Assembly (NCBI GenBank): GCA_030704615.1
Contig: CM060732.1
Span: 55,242,001 to 55,306,000 of the forward strand
Origin: Takakia lepidozioides
Lineage: Eukaryota; Plantae; Bryophyta
DNA length: 64,000 nt
Reading direction: 5' to 3'
In this document: positions 1-15,933 of the stretch, in pieces
Layout: each line of letters starts with the position of its first letter
Numbering within the stretch: position 1 is the stretch's first letter
Program-made: the position numbers and the translations under genes
The notes under the pieces: model-generated
Seen by the model: only the letters and a program-made list of their open reading frames with translations
Databases searched by the model: none
Told to the model about the DNA's origin: nothing

Positions 1-703
1 ACTCGGATCCTAGTTCTTCCTCTCCCCTTCTCCCTCCAAGCCCCTCCCCTTTCTCTGTTCCATCTGAGCTGCTTGCACCGATATCCCTGGCTGACCAATC
101 AAAGTCCCCTGCTGCATCTATACCATTCAGACCTCCCCCTCTCTTCTCCTCTCTCTGCTTCCGCTTGTCCTCAATTTTCACATCCAGTCTTCTCAAGAGT
201 ATCTCTAGGTCCTCTATCAAGTTCCAAGTCTCCTCATAAGCAATGCCGTTATTGGGAGACATGGCCCAAGCACCTACAATGGGCCTCTTCCTAGCCACAT
301 TGGCTGCACTTTCATCTGTTATGGATGCTACTGCAGGCCTCCCTGCCGAACTGCTTGCCTCCCTTACCCCTGGCCCCTCTCCCTCTCCCTCTGGCTCATC
401 TAAGTGCAGGCCGAGTGCATCAAAATCTCTGTCAACGTCTCCAGCCCCATCATCATAAGTTCGTAAAAGACCCTGAAAGCTTAAGCCTTTGGGACCATCA
501 ATGTACTCTCCATAAGTTCGGAAAACTTCATCAAGGATTGCAGTGATTTGCTCCTCACTGAATTTGACGCGTGGATTAACAGCAATAACCAATGATGCCA
601 TCTCACCTCGGCTGAGACAGCCATCCGTGTTAACATCAAATTGCTGAAAGATCTTCAGCACTTTCTGTGCCCGTATACTCAAGGCCTGCCCATTCTGTTC
701 CAT
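1..703 (-). CDS. EF-hand + tetratricopeptide repeat protein (Arabidopsis At1g05150/At2g32450-like), 5' part; continues beyond the window
   Basis: ATG at 703, open to the edge (absent from the ORF track because there is no stop): MEQNGQALSIRAQKVLKIFQQFDVNTDGCLSRGEMASLVIAVNPRVKFSEEQITAILDEVFRTYGEYIDGPKGLSFQGLLRTYDDGAGDVDRDFDALGL, matching the recalled N-terminus of this conserved plant family. Confidence 0.9.
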   Translation of the reverse strand, partial: MEQNGQALSIRAQKVLKIFQQFDVNTDGCLSRGEMASLVIAVNPRVKFSEEQITAILDEVFRTYGEYIDGPKGLSFQGLLRTYDDGAGDVDRDFDALGLHLDEPEGEGEGPGVREASSSAGRPAVASITDESAANVARKRPIVGAWAMSPNNGIAYEETWNLIEDLEILLRRLDVKIEDKRKQREEKRGGGLNGIDAAGDFDWSARDIGASSSDGTEKGEGLGGRRGEEELGSE

Positions 704-2024
704 TTTTGTCGGGATGCAAAACAGCCGCAGACCAAGACTGTATAATCCTACGAAAAAGTGTTCCCTGGTTGTTTTCTCGCCTCAACAAGAAGATGGCAGC
801 ACTTGGTGATGTATACTATATGGATGGAGAATGTAGTACACAATTGGATTGGGAAACTGCAATTCCATAGTAGATCAAGACAACAGTATCAAAAAATCGT
901 GATATCGATTGCCCAGGCGACTGTCTGAAGCAAAAGGCTCACTGAACATGGGCCTGTGTGATACACCGAAGAGACAAGAATCAGAAAGCTCTTCACAGAC
1001 TATGGCAGACAGACGTGATACACAGGAGAAGACATGGAGCAAAATCGCCTACTGTTATCAGAATAACTACAGTCGGTAAAGACCTGTGTATGATATTAGA
1101 ACTGTATCTTAGAGTAAGGAATCTCCCTTCTCGCAGAGGATCAACGAGAAAGAACCTTTGGAGTCCCAGATCAGGGAAGACCTCATGTTAAAATGGAGCC
1201 ACGTACCGAGACACATGCGAAATGGGAGCGGATGGAAGAGAGAGATTACACTGGAGAAAAAACACACAAAAGTAACTAGCCTACATGCCCCAAGTTACAG
1301 GGTCCGTCATAACCTAGCATTGTACGAGACACCAGCTACTATACAAGTGGGATTTCTTATACTGCTTCGAAAGAAAGAGGACGGAAAAGCAGATAGAGAT
1401 TAAATACATGCAAGCGAGATAGGAATAAAATGGCGGAATCTCATATCGGACATTGGTCAAGGCATGACGCCGTAAAGCCACGATCCAAGGCCTTGTTCTT
1501 GCCACTTTGCTCTAACAGCCTGGCAGAGAGAAACATAAACACACGATTCCAGAGTTTTGCCAAAGCTAAAGTCCGCGATCTATGCAGTGAGGTCTTGAGG
1601 AACAGTATACGATCCCACACGCCGTCTCAGCACTATGGTGTCCTAACAACAGCGGAAGCTTACAATGCTACACCAGAGGAAAACGAGCGAGAAACACACA
1701 CGAGCGCAATCAAACAGCTCAAGTATCAAGATACCGGGTTCAATCCACTCTGCAGTAGAGATCCCATAGCTTCTCAGCACCCTCATATGGTGAGTATGAA
1801 AGCTTCAATGACTCCGACTTTTACACGCAAAACACGGAGTTGCTGGTAGCAAAAAATTGATATACAAAACAAGAAATCCAATGCAGTACCACACCTTCTC
1901 AAAGCCGCACGCAACTCGACGACCATGGAAGCTCCAATCCCTTCGTCGCTGAAGAATAAAGAAGAGAGAATGCGCGAGAGAAAAAAGAGAGCGAGAGATA
2001 GCGAGAGAGAAGGGGTGGGGGGGG

Positions 2025-2834
2025 GGGGATGAGCGTTCGTAAGGCGTATGGATGAATGATAGTTACTAACTTCGTACTACTCGTCCATCATCCAAATTAG
2101 CCAATTAATTTAAACAAACGGATGAAACTCGGTAAGTCCGTCCAGCGATGATACCTTTTATCGTCCCCTGAATGTGCGGGTGGTGAGCTGGCGATCACCG
2201 TTATGAGGAATAATGGGTAGATGGATGAACTTGTCAATGTGGTTAAGATTGCATTTATCCTAGGGTAATGTTCTTCGCTACCTATTCAGTGTCAATAATC
2301 AGTAGTCAATAGTCAATTTTATAAGTAATTATAAGTAAAAGCAGTAAAACAAGATCAAAGCAGCTATTTTTGGTGTCGGGCTGCAGCCCACCTTCCCAGC
2401 CTGTACACGTGATGACCCGGATGGCGGCTCCAATTCAATTCTAGGGTAAGTGGTGCGTGGCAGCCCCGCACTGGCTAGAGGATGAGGGTGGATGACGTGG
2501 CCCCCACTACCACGGGCCACATGGGGGGTAGGCTTTCGGCAAAGCAGGTGGAGGGCAGGTCCAGTCTGACATTGGAAACGGTCTCTAGGTAAAAATAACT
2601 GAGAGGAGGGCAAGTAAATGGATTTAAGGAAACATCTCACAGTGGGGATTTTGCATCCAAGATATCCGAGCCCCAGCATGTCCTCCAGATGAATAGGCAT
2701 CCAAATCTCATCCAACATGGATGAAATGTGATGAATAGGAGCTAGAGTAGGTTAACCTCATCCTCCAAAGGAAAAAAAAGTAAGAAAATAAGATTCTTTT
2801 TATTATTTCTTAAGTGGTCAGTGGCTCGGCAGTG
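2025..2834. repeat. Region rich in GGATGA/TCATCC motifs in both orientations; possible subterminal repeats of a DNA transposon
   Basis: About 10 copies of ggatga/tcatcc; ends near ggcagtg (CACTG on minus). No partner end found. Confidence 0.3.
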
Positions 2835-3789
2835 TCCCAGAAAAAGCTCCACATTAAAATTTTAAAACATTACTTTTTTATTTTATTTTATTTTTTTATT
2901 GTTTATATTATTTTTATTTACGGTCAATAATCGCTTCTCATTTAACAATAATAGGGTCATGAATGCCTGCGCATGTGGCTGCGGCGGGCCCGCGTGTGGG
3001 AGAGGGGTCCGCCTTTACCGGGACCGGCCAGTCTGCTGCTGGGCAAGCTGGTCTGCTGGGGCCCACAAAACACGTGAGCTAGTCTGCTGGGCCCACAATA
3101 TTCACATAAAGTTCTAGCGATGACGACCGAAAGAAGCTATTTTAGCATAGAGCAGGAATAGGGTGCCTTAGTGCCATGTCATTGTCGCCACGTTTTGTAG
3201 GCACGTCATCGTAGCCATGTCATCGTCGTCGTCAAAATTTTATATCTGCCCGGATTGCCCGCCCAAAAATCACAAAGCGCCAAGTTTTTTCGGAACGTGC
3301 CCGGATTGCCCGGTTCTTGAAGTTCTTGAACTGCAAGAGCTCTGCGTTTTCCACCATCGTTCACGTTGCAAGCTGCAAGCACTCAACTGTCTCGCTGCTC
3401 AATGCAAACCGTGGCTTTTCCCTCAACGATCTTTGATCGCGTGGAATATAATGTTGGTCGAACCCTCCTTGGGTGAAAGCGGAGCTGGCGACCTCTATAC
3501 CTTGTCAAACATATTTTGCTTATGATTCTATTGTTGATGTACACCTTGGCGCTCAATGTCGGGAATCCAAAAGGTATTATCTTTGAGATTTCCAACTAAA
3601 ACAGATGGAATTGCTACAAAATATTTTCAAATTATTTTTTAAGAAACCTGCTCTAGAGATCATTCATTTGAGTATTTGAGTATTTTGTCAGAGATTGGCG
3701 ACAACAGTACTTTGGAGTCATGCAGGCTAGCAGGTTACACAGCCTATCACAGTCTATCACAACTTGACACAGCCCGACACAGCGCCTGG

Positions 3790-5066
3790 GAAACTAGATA
3801 GGGAGTGACCTCCCCGAGGGTGACATCGTCAAATCTGGAATTGTACCCGATGTCATTCTGAACACTGCCCTGCTGGACATGCATGTCAAATGTGAGTGCA
3901 TCGGGGATGCAAAGGGAGTGTTCGACAGTATGGCTGAATGAGATGTGGTGTCGTGGAGTGCGATAATTGCAGGATATGCACAGCAAGGATAGGCTTTGGA
4001 GACCTATGAGCAATTGATGTGCGAAGGGGTGAAGCCCAACCACAACACATTTGTTTGTGTTTGCAATGCGTGTGCAAGCCTATGAGCTCTGGAAAAGGGG
4101 AGAGAGGTCCATGGTGACATCGTCAAAGCTGGATTCGTACCAGATGTCATCCTGAACACTGCCGTGGTGGACATGTATGCGAAATGTGGGTGCATTGAGG
4201 ATGCAAAGGGAGTATTTGACAATGTGATTGAACGAAATGTGGTGTTGTGGAATGCGATGATCGCAGGATATGCCCAGCATGGTTGTCATAGGGAGGTCCT
4301 GCAACTATTTGAAGGAATGTAAAAGAACGGCTTGAAGCCAGACAGTATCACCTTTATCTGTGTTCTATCTGCATGCAGCCACACTGGCCTACTGAATGAA
4401 GGAAGACACTACTTCGATTCCCTGAGTCAAGATCATGGTGTTACTCCGACAGTAAAGCACTTTGGCTGCATGGTGGACCTTCTTGGACGTGCGGGACAAC
4501 TGGATGAGGCAGTGGACCTGATTAATAAAATGTCAATCAATCCAAAGGTTGTGGTGTGGAAGGCCTTGCTTGGTGCTTGCAGAATCCATGGCAATGTGGA
4601 GATGGCTAAACGTGCAGCAACATCTATCCTCAAGTGGGATGAACAGGATGCCGCAACCTATGTGTTGCTATCAAACATCTATGCTGCAGCTGACAGGTGG
4701 GATGATACTGCAAAGGTGAGAAAAATGATGAAGGTTAGAGGGGTTAGAAAGGAGCCAGGTCGCTTCGGCATTGAGGTTGGCAACAGGGTGCACACCTTCG
4801 TTGTAGATGACAAGTTGCATCCCAAAATTAAGGAAATCCATGTTGACCTGAGAAGATTGTCTGGGCAGATGAAGGATGTGGGGTATGTGCCTGATACGCG
4901 CTTTGTATTGCATGATGTGGGGGAGGAAGAAAAGAAATTTTTTCTTTGCCACCACAATGAGAAGCTGGCCATTGGTTTTGGGCTAATCATCACGACCCCT
5001 ACGATGCCTCTTCCTCCACTGAATTTACAATTGCTATCAAACATCTATGCTGCAGCTGGCAGGTAG
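3790..5066 (+). pseudogene. PLS-E-DYW PPR pseudogene (frameshifts/stops in the PLS array, DYW truncated)
   Basis: Degenerate L/S/P motifs ([18 protein letters not shown]), L2-S2-E1-E2, PG box KEPG, HHNEKLA; CxxC and terminal DYW absent. Confidence 0.9.
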
Positions 5067-5309
5067 GATCCATCTGAGCAGCAGAATGTTCTCTCTGCAT
5101 TTTACTAGCGCCTAACAACAAGTTGTATGTCCCATCACATTTCACATGAGTTTGTTCTTCTTTGTACACCAATTTGACACATATAATAGTTTATATAGCT
5201 ACCTGTTATGTGCTACCTCTCTTTCTCAAAAAGATGCGGAGAGGAAAGGGAGATTGTCAATGTCTAATGTGAGGGTGGCCTGAAGACAATATCCAATTTT
5301 CTGCTACAA

Positions 5310-5550
5310 TGTCCGGGTATTCTCATCAGACTGAGCCTGAAGCACTGACCCTCTCTGAACTTGTTTCCAGTCTGTGACATAGGAGAGGGCATCATGGATA
5401 ACCTCAAGGGTTTACCCACCCTCGGCACTAGACTGAAATCTAAACTCGGGGCAGGAAGCCTACCTTTGAACAACAAACAGATGCAGTGAGGAAAGAGGGA
5501 TTGCAATTGCCCGTTGTGTGGGCAACCTGAAGACATAGGGATTGCATTAT
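5310..5550 (+). mobile_element. LINE 3'-region fragment (family of 46362-47469)
   Basis: ctgaacttgtttccagtctgtgacat...aagggtttacccaccctcggcactagactgaaat...tgcaattgcccgttgtgtgggcaa nearly identical to 46855-47035. Confidence 0.85.
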
Positions 5551-7639
5551 GGCCGGGCCCCCAGTCTGGGCGGAACAAGAGCAAACCTGACTCACTCCAG
5601 TAGCAATATCCATCAACATGACTCGAATATTCAGCAATGTGAGTAATACGAGCACACTTAAAACGGAAGTTGGGGGCTTAGGAAATAAGGTCCGCGTCAC
5701 TGATAATGTTGCCTTGTCTGTACTTCTTAGTTCTTATAGATCAAAGTCCTTCAGAGCAGTCTAATCTAGGAAGCAGCGTCCGGGAAATAATTTCAGTTGA
5801 ACCAGCCAATGGCCCCTCATTCTGAGAACCAACCGGCTAAGTGGGTTGGGGAGTCGGTTGCTTTCCCTTAATGGTAACTGCAATAGTCAATTTCCTATGT
5901 GAACATACTCGGTAAATTTCCGAAGGTTTCAATTTTCACTCGGAAATCCTCGGAATCAGTCGGCTAGCATGTAACTAGCTGCTGGTTCTCCCCGTTGGTT
6001 GCTAGGAAGATACTAACTGAAACTGGATAAAGAACCTGTATGGTAGTTTAGAGCAACTCTTACTTTGTGTAATTATGAAAAGAACATTATGAAGGCCAGC
6101 CTTGAGATCCTAGTAACGAATGAAGAAAGAAAGTAGGTGGGTCTCTTTTGAACATGTTCATGAAAGCTCATAGAACAAACTACCTTCGAAGAGAAATATC
6201 CATATCCACATCGGTACTTTTTATCAAGACAGATTTTGTTCAAAACAATAATATTTGTCACTGAGTTTATGTAGGCAACTATTTTCTTAAAGAATGTATC
6301 TTTGAATATACGGTCGTTATCTATTATATCAAAATGCTAATGTCCACCGTAAACAATAAAAACTTGGGCATGTGTATAACTTCAAATAATATGGAAAAAA
6401 AAAATGTTAATGCGGAGAGGCAGACAAAATAAACAATGTACTCCGGAACAAACATGCATTAAATAAAAGACCACCAAGATTTTTCATGAAACCGTGGCAT
6501 TAAATAAAAGTCCAAACATACTATTTGAAATCTACACCAATTGCAAATAAAGGTGGAGAAAGATATCATATAAACAACATTCATAATCCAAATCCAAATC
6601 TGCTTGTTGTATCAAAATGAGCCACAATCATTACACCGATCAAATGAATCTTGAAATGAAATAGAGAGAAAAAAAATACAGAAACGGGAAAAATACAGAA
6701 AAATACAGAAAAGGGGTTCCACTCCCCCACACTTCGTGGGCATAGATAGAGGTAGCTGCATCAAACAATGAAATACAGAGATGTGACATACAGAGATGTA
6801 AGACCATGGGATTAACCCCCCCCCCCTTTTTGTACCAGTTGAACGTAGTTCTCAGAATTCGTCGCTAGTAGTGCGGAGCAACGCGAAGCCCTAGTATAAA
6901 TCATTAGTTAATGCAAAGGTTTGTAGAAATTGGTGGGTAGTGTGGTGGTTAATAGCAATCAATAATAAACACAAGGTGTGGTGTTCATATCTTGAGAGGT
7001 TGTACTGCGGCAGTAATGTGTGTTATTAAATATACATTTTGTTGAAGGGTCTGCTAGAGGGTCCACCCATTGGGGCCATGTTATTAGAGGGTCAGATCTC
7101 GTGGATCCCATTTGGATGGCAGATATGGAGTTTTTAGTGGGGTAGGTGTGAGGCCCAAATTTGGCAAGTTGGGTTTTGGCGCTTTTAAGGCCCATATCTA
7201 TTTACTTATTTATGTAAAAGGTGGTATATTTTATTTTATTTTTAGGAAGGTATATTTTCCATAAACAGCGGGAAAAAAACAAAAAACAAACAAAGACAGG
7301 GGAGTTGCAACACTAGTACTTAGATGAGCTCCTCTTCTTCATCTGAGATCAGTTCTGTAGTGAAATGGGTTACTGTTAGCCTTCTCTCTTTTGCAGGGCG
7401 GTTCCTTGTTGATGACTGAAAACTACTGGGGCGACAAGAGAAGATATGCATGGAAGGAAAGACAGATTTGTATTGCGCAGTCAGTATCAATACATGAGGA
7501 TGCAAACTAACTTATCCACAAGCCCCTGCTTCGCATTATCAGACAAGGAGAAGATGTTCAAATCGGCCCTAGGAGTTAATAACTACAATGGCCCGTCTAT
7601 CTTACCATCAGGGATGAAGCCCGAAATTGTTTGTTTTCA

Positions 7640-8820
7640 GATTGTATCAGTGGACAGGTCAAAACCAGCTCAGCAGAAAGATGCATTGATTACAGACTGG
7701 AGGGCTTCCTTGCCTTGCTCCATAGAAAGCAACTTTTTATCTCTGCTTCTGTCAACATCTACTTCAAGAGATCCAATTTGTGCATATCGAAGATGATACA
7801 GAGATGCTTGCATGTACAACCTTAAATCTCATTCACTCACCTGAGTCACAAAACCTGCACAAAATTTTGACTAAGCACAATGGAAATTGTGACTACAGAC
7901 TTGCAACACTAGCCAGTCAATGAACAGCATGGTTGCACGATCTTGGGCGAGCAAACATACCCAAGCAGGACAACATTATGCTAAGGTTCACAAGGTCTCC
8001 CTCACAGCTAAGCATGCCGGTCCCTTCCCTTGTAACACAAGCTCTCAGCATCACCATGCACATATTGCCAAGGCGAAAGTGGATTGGATTGTTGTAGATG
8101 GTATGGGTGCCTCCTTGACAGCCCCGTATAGTGGGGGGTGACCATGGCAGGTGCATGTAATGTCCTCACTTCTGGCGTCATACTCCATTTTCGGGACTGC
8201 CTCATGCCACCAGCGCTGGCATCAGTACCCTGTCAGTCGGCAATGATATTCACAATGCCATCTGTGTAACATATGCTGCTCGTAAACCTTGTATGCTGTG
8301 CCAGCTTCCTTCACCTCTCTGCCGTCCAACATTGTGCAGCTGTGGCTTATAAACGGTGCCAGGCACTGTTGTACTACATGCCCTGCTATATCAGCCAGCA
8401 GCTCAACACAGGCAAACCTATTTCTCCTCTGCCTTGTAACCAAGCTGGGCCCAGGGATAACGTCTACAGTCCAGGCACATTAGTCTATTATGGTCCATCA
8501 TCACCCCCCCCAATATTTCCCATTTCTCCAAACCTGATGATCCGGTGTTGGGTAAACAACCAGCAGAGACTAACACCACATTAGAATCCAGTGTCCTGGG
8601 TAACCCACCCATTCATGCATCCAGTGACAGTGCAATCCCGTTTCCATCATATTTACCTCAATCTTCAACATGAAGTTCAACTTGCTTCTCCAGCACCTAC
8701 TGAAAGGATTTACGCACCTCTGCATCCATGGAAGGCCAACAGCATCCCCCATCTTCCCTACCATAACTTGAGAGCCCAATCTCCCGCGGACTCTTCAATC
8801 CTCATCCCATCCAATCTTAT
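7640..8820 (-). pseudogene. Decayed partial duplicate of the LPD 3' half plus its 3' flank
   Basis: Colinear similarity with ~11770-13060, e.g. FACVELLA..AGHV; tgaaaggatttacgcacctctgcatccat vs 12946; ttgattacagactggagggcttcct vs 11807; many indels and stops. Confidence 0.85.
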
Positions 8821-8830
8821 TCCCTCTCTT

Positions 8831-10884
<2,054 letters not shown>

Positions 10885-12206
10885 GGGTGCAGTGAAAAGA
10901 GAAAGGGACACAAGGTTCACATGAAAGAATGAACGAATCGTGAGACTCGTAGAGAGGTGTCTCCTTAGTTTTGAGATCACGATGATGCTGGCAGCGCCGT
11001 AGCACAGTGCACAATGTACTATCGAATCCAGACGCTTGATTCTCGAGCCGCTACTAAGTAGTTGGTGTCATGACTAGACGTCGAAGTCCTCACAGCACAT
11101 TGTACACTGACGGAGCTGGAACAGGGCATCCAAATCCCCGGGTGTTGTCTTCCGACCTATCGAACGATTGAGAGTCGAAGGCAAAGGGTTGGGGTTAGGC
11201 CTTTAAGGCCGTGGATTGCCCACTGAACAAGCGAGGGGAAGAGAGCCCTAGAAAGAGAATTTTTCACAAGCTGGCGACTTTCCCAGTGGATATGAACTCA
11301 CGAGCGGTAATGCTGTAATACTGCTTTTGCTATTTGAAGATAGAGAGCGAGAGGATAGAAACAGAGAATTGCTTAGCCTCAGATTCTCCTGTACAGAGGA
11401 TGCGCCATTCAAACCTAACACCAGCATCTTAGGTGCACCAGTTGATGCAGGAAATTTGTGAAGGGATCATCCAGACATAGACAGTCACATGCCATTTAAG
11501 CAATGGGTGATAGTACGGAAAGAAATTCATATCTATCAGAGCTCTGAAGTGGGCAAGAGGATGCAAATCTTCGGTCAGCCACAGACAGTCCTACCTCCAA
11601 TTATCGAGGAAACAGCCCACTGCAAGTTAACCAACCACAAATACTGGCAAAGTCTATCTGTTCATCACAGAAAAAAAATTATTGATTAAAGTGGTACCAG
11701 CAGAACTGCTGCCACAAGCTAAACAGAAGACTGGCATTGGTTATAGAAAAAATGATTGTGTTTGCCAGTAGCCCTGGTCAACACCAGCTCAAAGGAAGCA
11801 CTGGCATTGACTACAGACCGGAGGGCTTCCTTTTGTTGCAGCATCGCAGTTCCTTTTGTTGCAGCATACAAAGTAACACTTTATACCTCTGCTTCTGTCC
11901 ACATCTACTTCCAAGAGATCCACTTCAAGTTCCCATATCAAAGCATATACAGAGATCCTTGCATGGAAATCTCAAATCTGATTAACTAGCCATGAATAAA
12001 CCTGCACAGCCATCAACACTTTGACTAAAGCCAAGTACATCATGACTACAGACTCACCATGCTGGCCGATCAATGAGCAGCATGGTTGCACAATGTCGGG
12101 TGCATAAAAATGCACAACCTAGACCACAATATTCTAAGCATGCTGGTCCCTTCCCCTTCTAATAGGAGCTCTGTGCACCATCATGCCATAAAATGAGCTG
12201 GCAAGC

Positions 12207-13887
<1,681 letters not shown>

Positions 13888-14899
13888 CTATCTGTTTCTT
13901 GCCACTCTATCAAAGTACAAGTCCCACTTACGAAATCAATCCACCGCTTCGTTTCCGATCGATGTGACCAACATTCTCAGGCCACACTCCTCTCCATCTA
14001 TCTATCTCCCTCACCCCTCTCCTCTTTCTCCCTGGCTAGCAAAGCTTGAACACCCACAGCCCCATCTCTGGCTGATCTCTGCTGCTAACTTAAACTGCAT
14101 TTCCCATTCCCCTGCCAAACACACAACTTATTAGATTTCCTGCCACAATTTTCAAGTCTGCAGTCTGTACCCAACAAGGGGGAGACACCCACCAAGCACC
14201 TACAGTGAACAGGGCCCCACCAACTGAAACCGGGGCTGCTGCAAGCCACTGATAGATAGAATGCTCTTTCCCAGGTTCCTGCATGTCAGAAAGAACCCAA
14301 GAGTTTTCGGAACGGAAGGAAGGATGGATGGCACATTCCTGCTCCTCACATTTGACCTACTTTGCTAACTTTCTAGCCTATCACAGTGCCTTCAAACCCT
14401 ATTGTGGTGTACCACTATAGAGCTCTAGTGCACCACAATAGCTGTCATGCACCACAATGGTTTATCCTTTCATGCTTTGGTTTTTCTTTAGGGGACGGAG
14501 GCCCTCTAATAGAGCTTTGTATGTCTCTCTCAAAGAAGATTTCCTCCCAACATGACATGATCCCATTTAGGTTGTTCTTTTTCCCCTAAGAACATGCCCT
14601 TATGGAGTGGGAAATTAAAATCATTTGTGAGCCATACAAGAGACTCAACCCCGGACCGAAGGCCACATAATACCATACATGATAATGTAGCAGGATTTGA
14701 AATCCATTTTGGCTTGTCTCAAATAAGGTGAGATTCCCTGCTATCGCACCCATGCCGGACCTACACACATCTGTTACAATAACACATCCAAGGATCCCAC
14801 ACCTACACAAATTCCTACATATTCAAGTAGGTATAGTGTTGGACTGGTATGCAACTAGGATGTCGTTGAGCCACATGTCAAACACCATAAGAGTATACA

Positions 14900-15460
14900 T
14901 GGCATACTCAGATTTGGATACCATGGTGGTATCAATATTAATACATTATTGGTGTGGTGTTTTACAGGTATCAGTAGCAATAGTATTTAGAAACTGATAC
15001 CAGGGTATTATCAATACTCATCTTGTATCAAACAAATTCATGATATGGTAATATTGAAAGGCCCACTTCTCGTATAAATGTGTACAAGCATGCTTCTCAT
15101 TGAATTTGAAGGCTAGACGGTACAATCACAGATCACACCCCCAAGACCTGATTTCTATTTTGCTTATTGAAAGGTGCATCCATATTGTGGATAATGCATA
15201 TTGCGTCGTCGATATTGATACCTAGCTTTTTCTCACAAAAATGGATCTGGTACAGGTATCACATACCAGATTTTCAACCATCTACCAGACTGGTAGGCTA
15301 TCGTCCACAATATTAGGAAGTAGATACCAGGGCAATACGGGTATATGCTAGGTAGTGGCCTGAGGTGATACCATATTGGTCTGGTACTTCATACCAGTGT
15401 ACATACAAGCATTGATACCAGTTTCCTATCGGTACACCACTCCAACTTGGTATCTTCCCC
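14900..15460. repeat. Cluster of GATACC/GGTATC motifs; probable DNA-transposon subterminal region
   Basis: More than 10 copies of gatacc/ggtatc-like motifs in both orientations. Confidence 0.35.
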
Positions 15461-15679
15461 CTCCCCCACATAATGCATGCCATGTCCAACCACTTTTGGA
15501 CTTATTCGATAGTTACTGATGCCAAATCAAACAAGCCACAAACCATTGAAGCAACAATTTTGACAAGCTGTCACGTGGCTTATACTTAAAAGCTTTTTAG
15601 ACCAATCATGGCCAACAAACACTACATACATTGGTAATCAAAGAAGAAATTTATTTTGACCTTCATTATACCCTATAAA

Positions 15680-15933
15680 CAACATTGTATACTATGTCGT
15701 GTCCCCTCTGCGTCCAACCCCCCAAATAGACACCTGGCCCCACCTTCTTCTCCAATGTAGCCACCCCATAATACACGAGCGCTTTGCATTACCCGCCAGT
15801 ATCAAGGATTCAGACATCTCCTCAAACGTTTCTGTCACATAAATCTAGATGCTTCAACCTCATCAATGTAGGAACGTTCCAAGGCCGACCGCCGGACCAC
15901 ATGATTCCATCATGGCTCCTACCGTGCATATGT
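15680..15933 (+). mobile_element. RLE-type LINE fragment (zinc knuckle region), first half
   Basis: ...DTWPHLLLQCSHP...NLINVGTFQGRPPDHMIPSWLLP, homologous to the 22350-22823 ORF. Confidence 0.85.

Larger units (their letters stand above)
3115..6894 (+). mobile_element. Putative non-autonomous Helitron/Helentron-like element containing a PPR pseudogene
   Basis: 5' module tagcga(t)gacgaccgaaagaagcta, with a second copy at 52865; 3' end tcgtcgcta (6859-6867, reverse complement of tagcgacga), then GCGGAGCAACGCG hairpin-like stretch and CTAG|T (6891-6894). Confidence 0.4.

Noticed and set aside
73-1849. Plus-strand ORFs in the track
   Set aside because: Antisense shadows of the EF-hand/TPR gene and its presumed 5' UTR/intron; no recognisable domains
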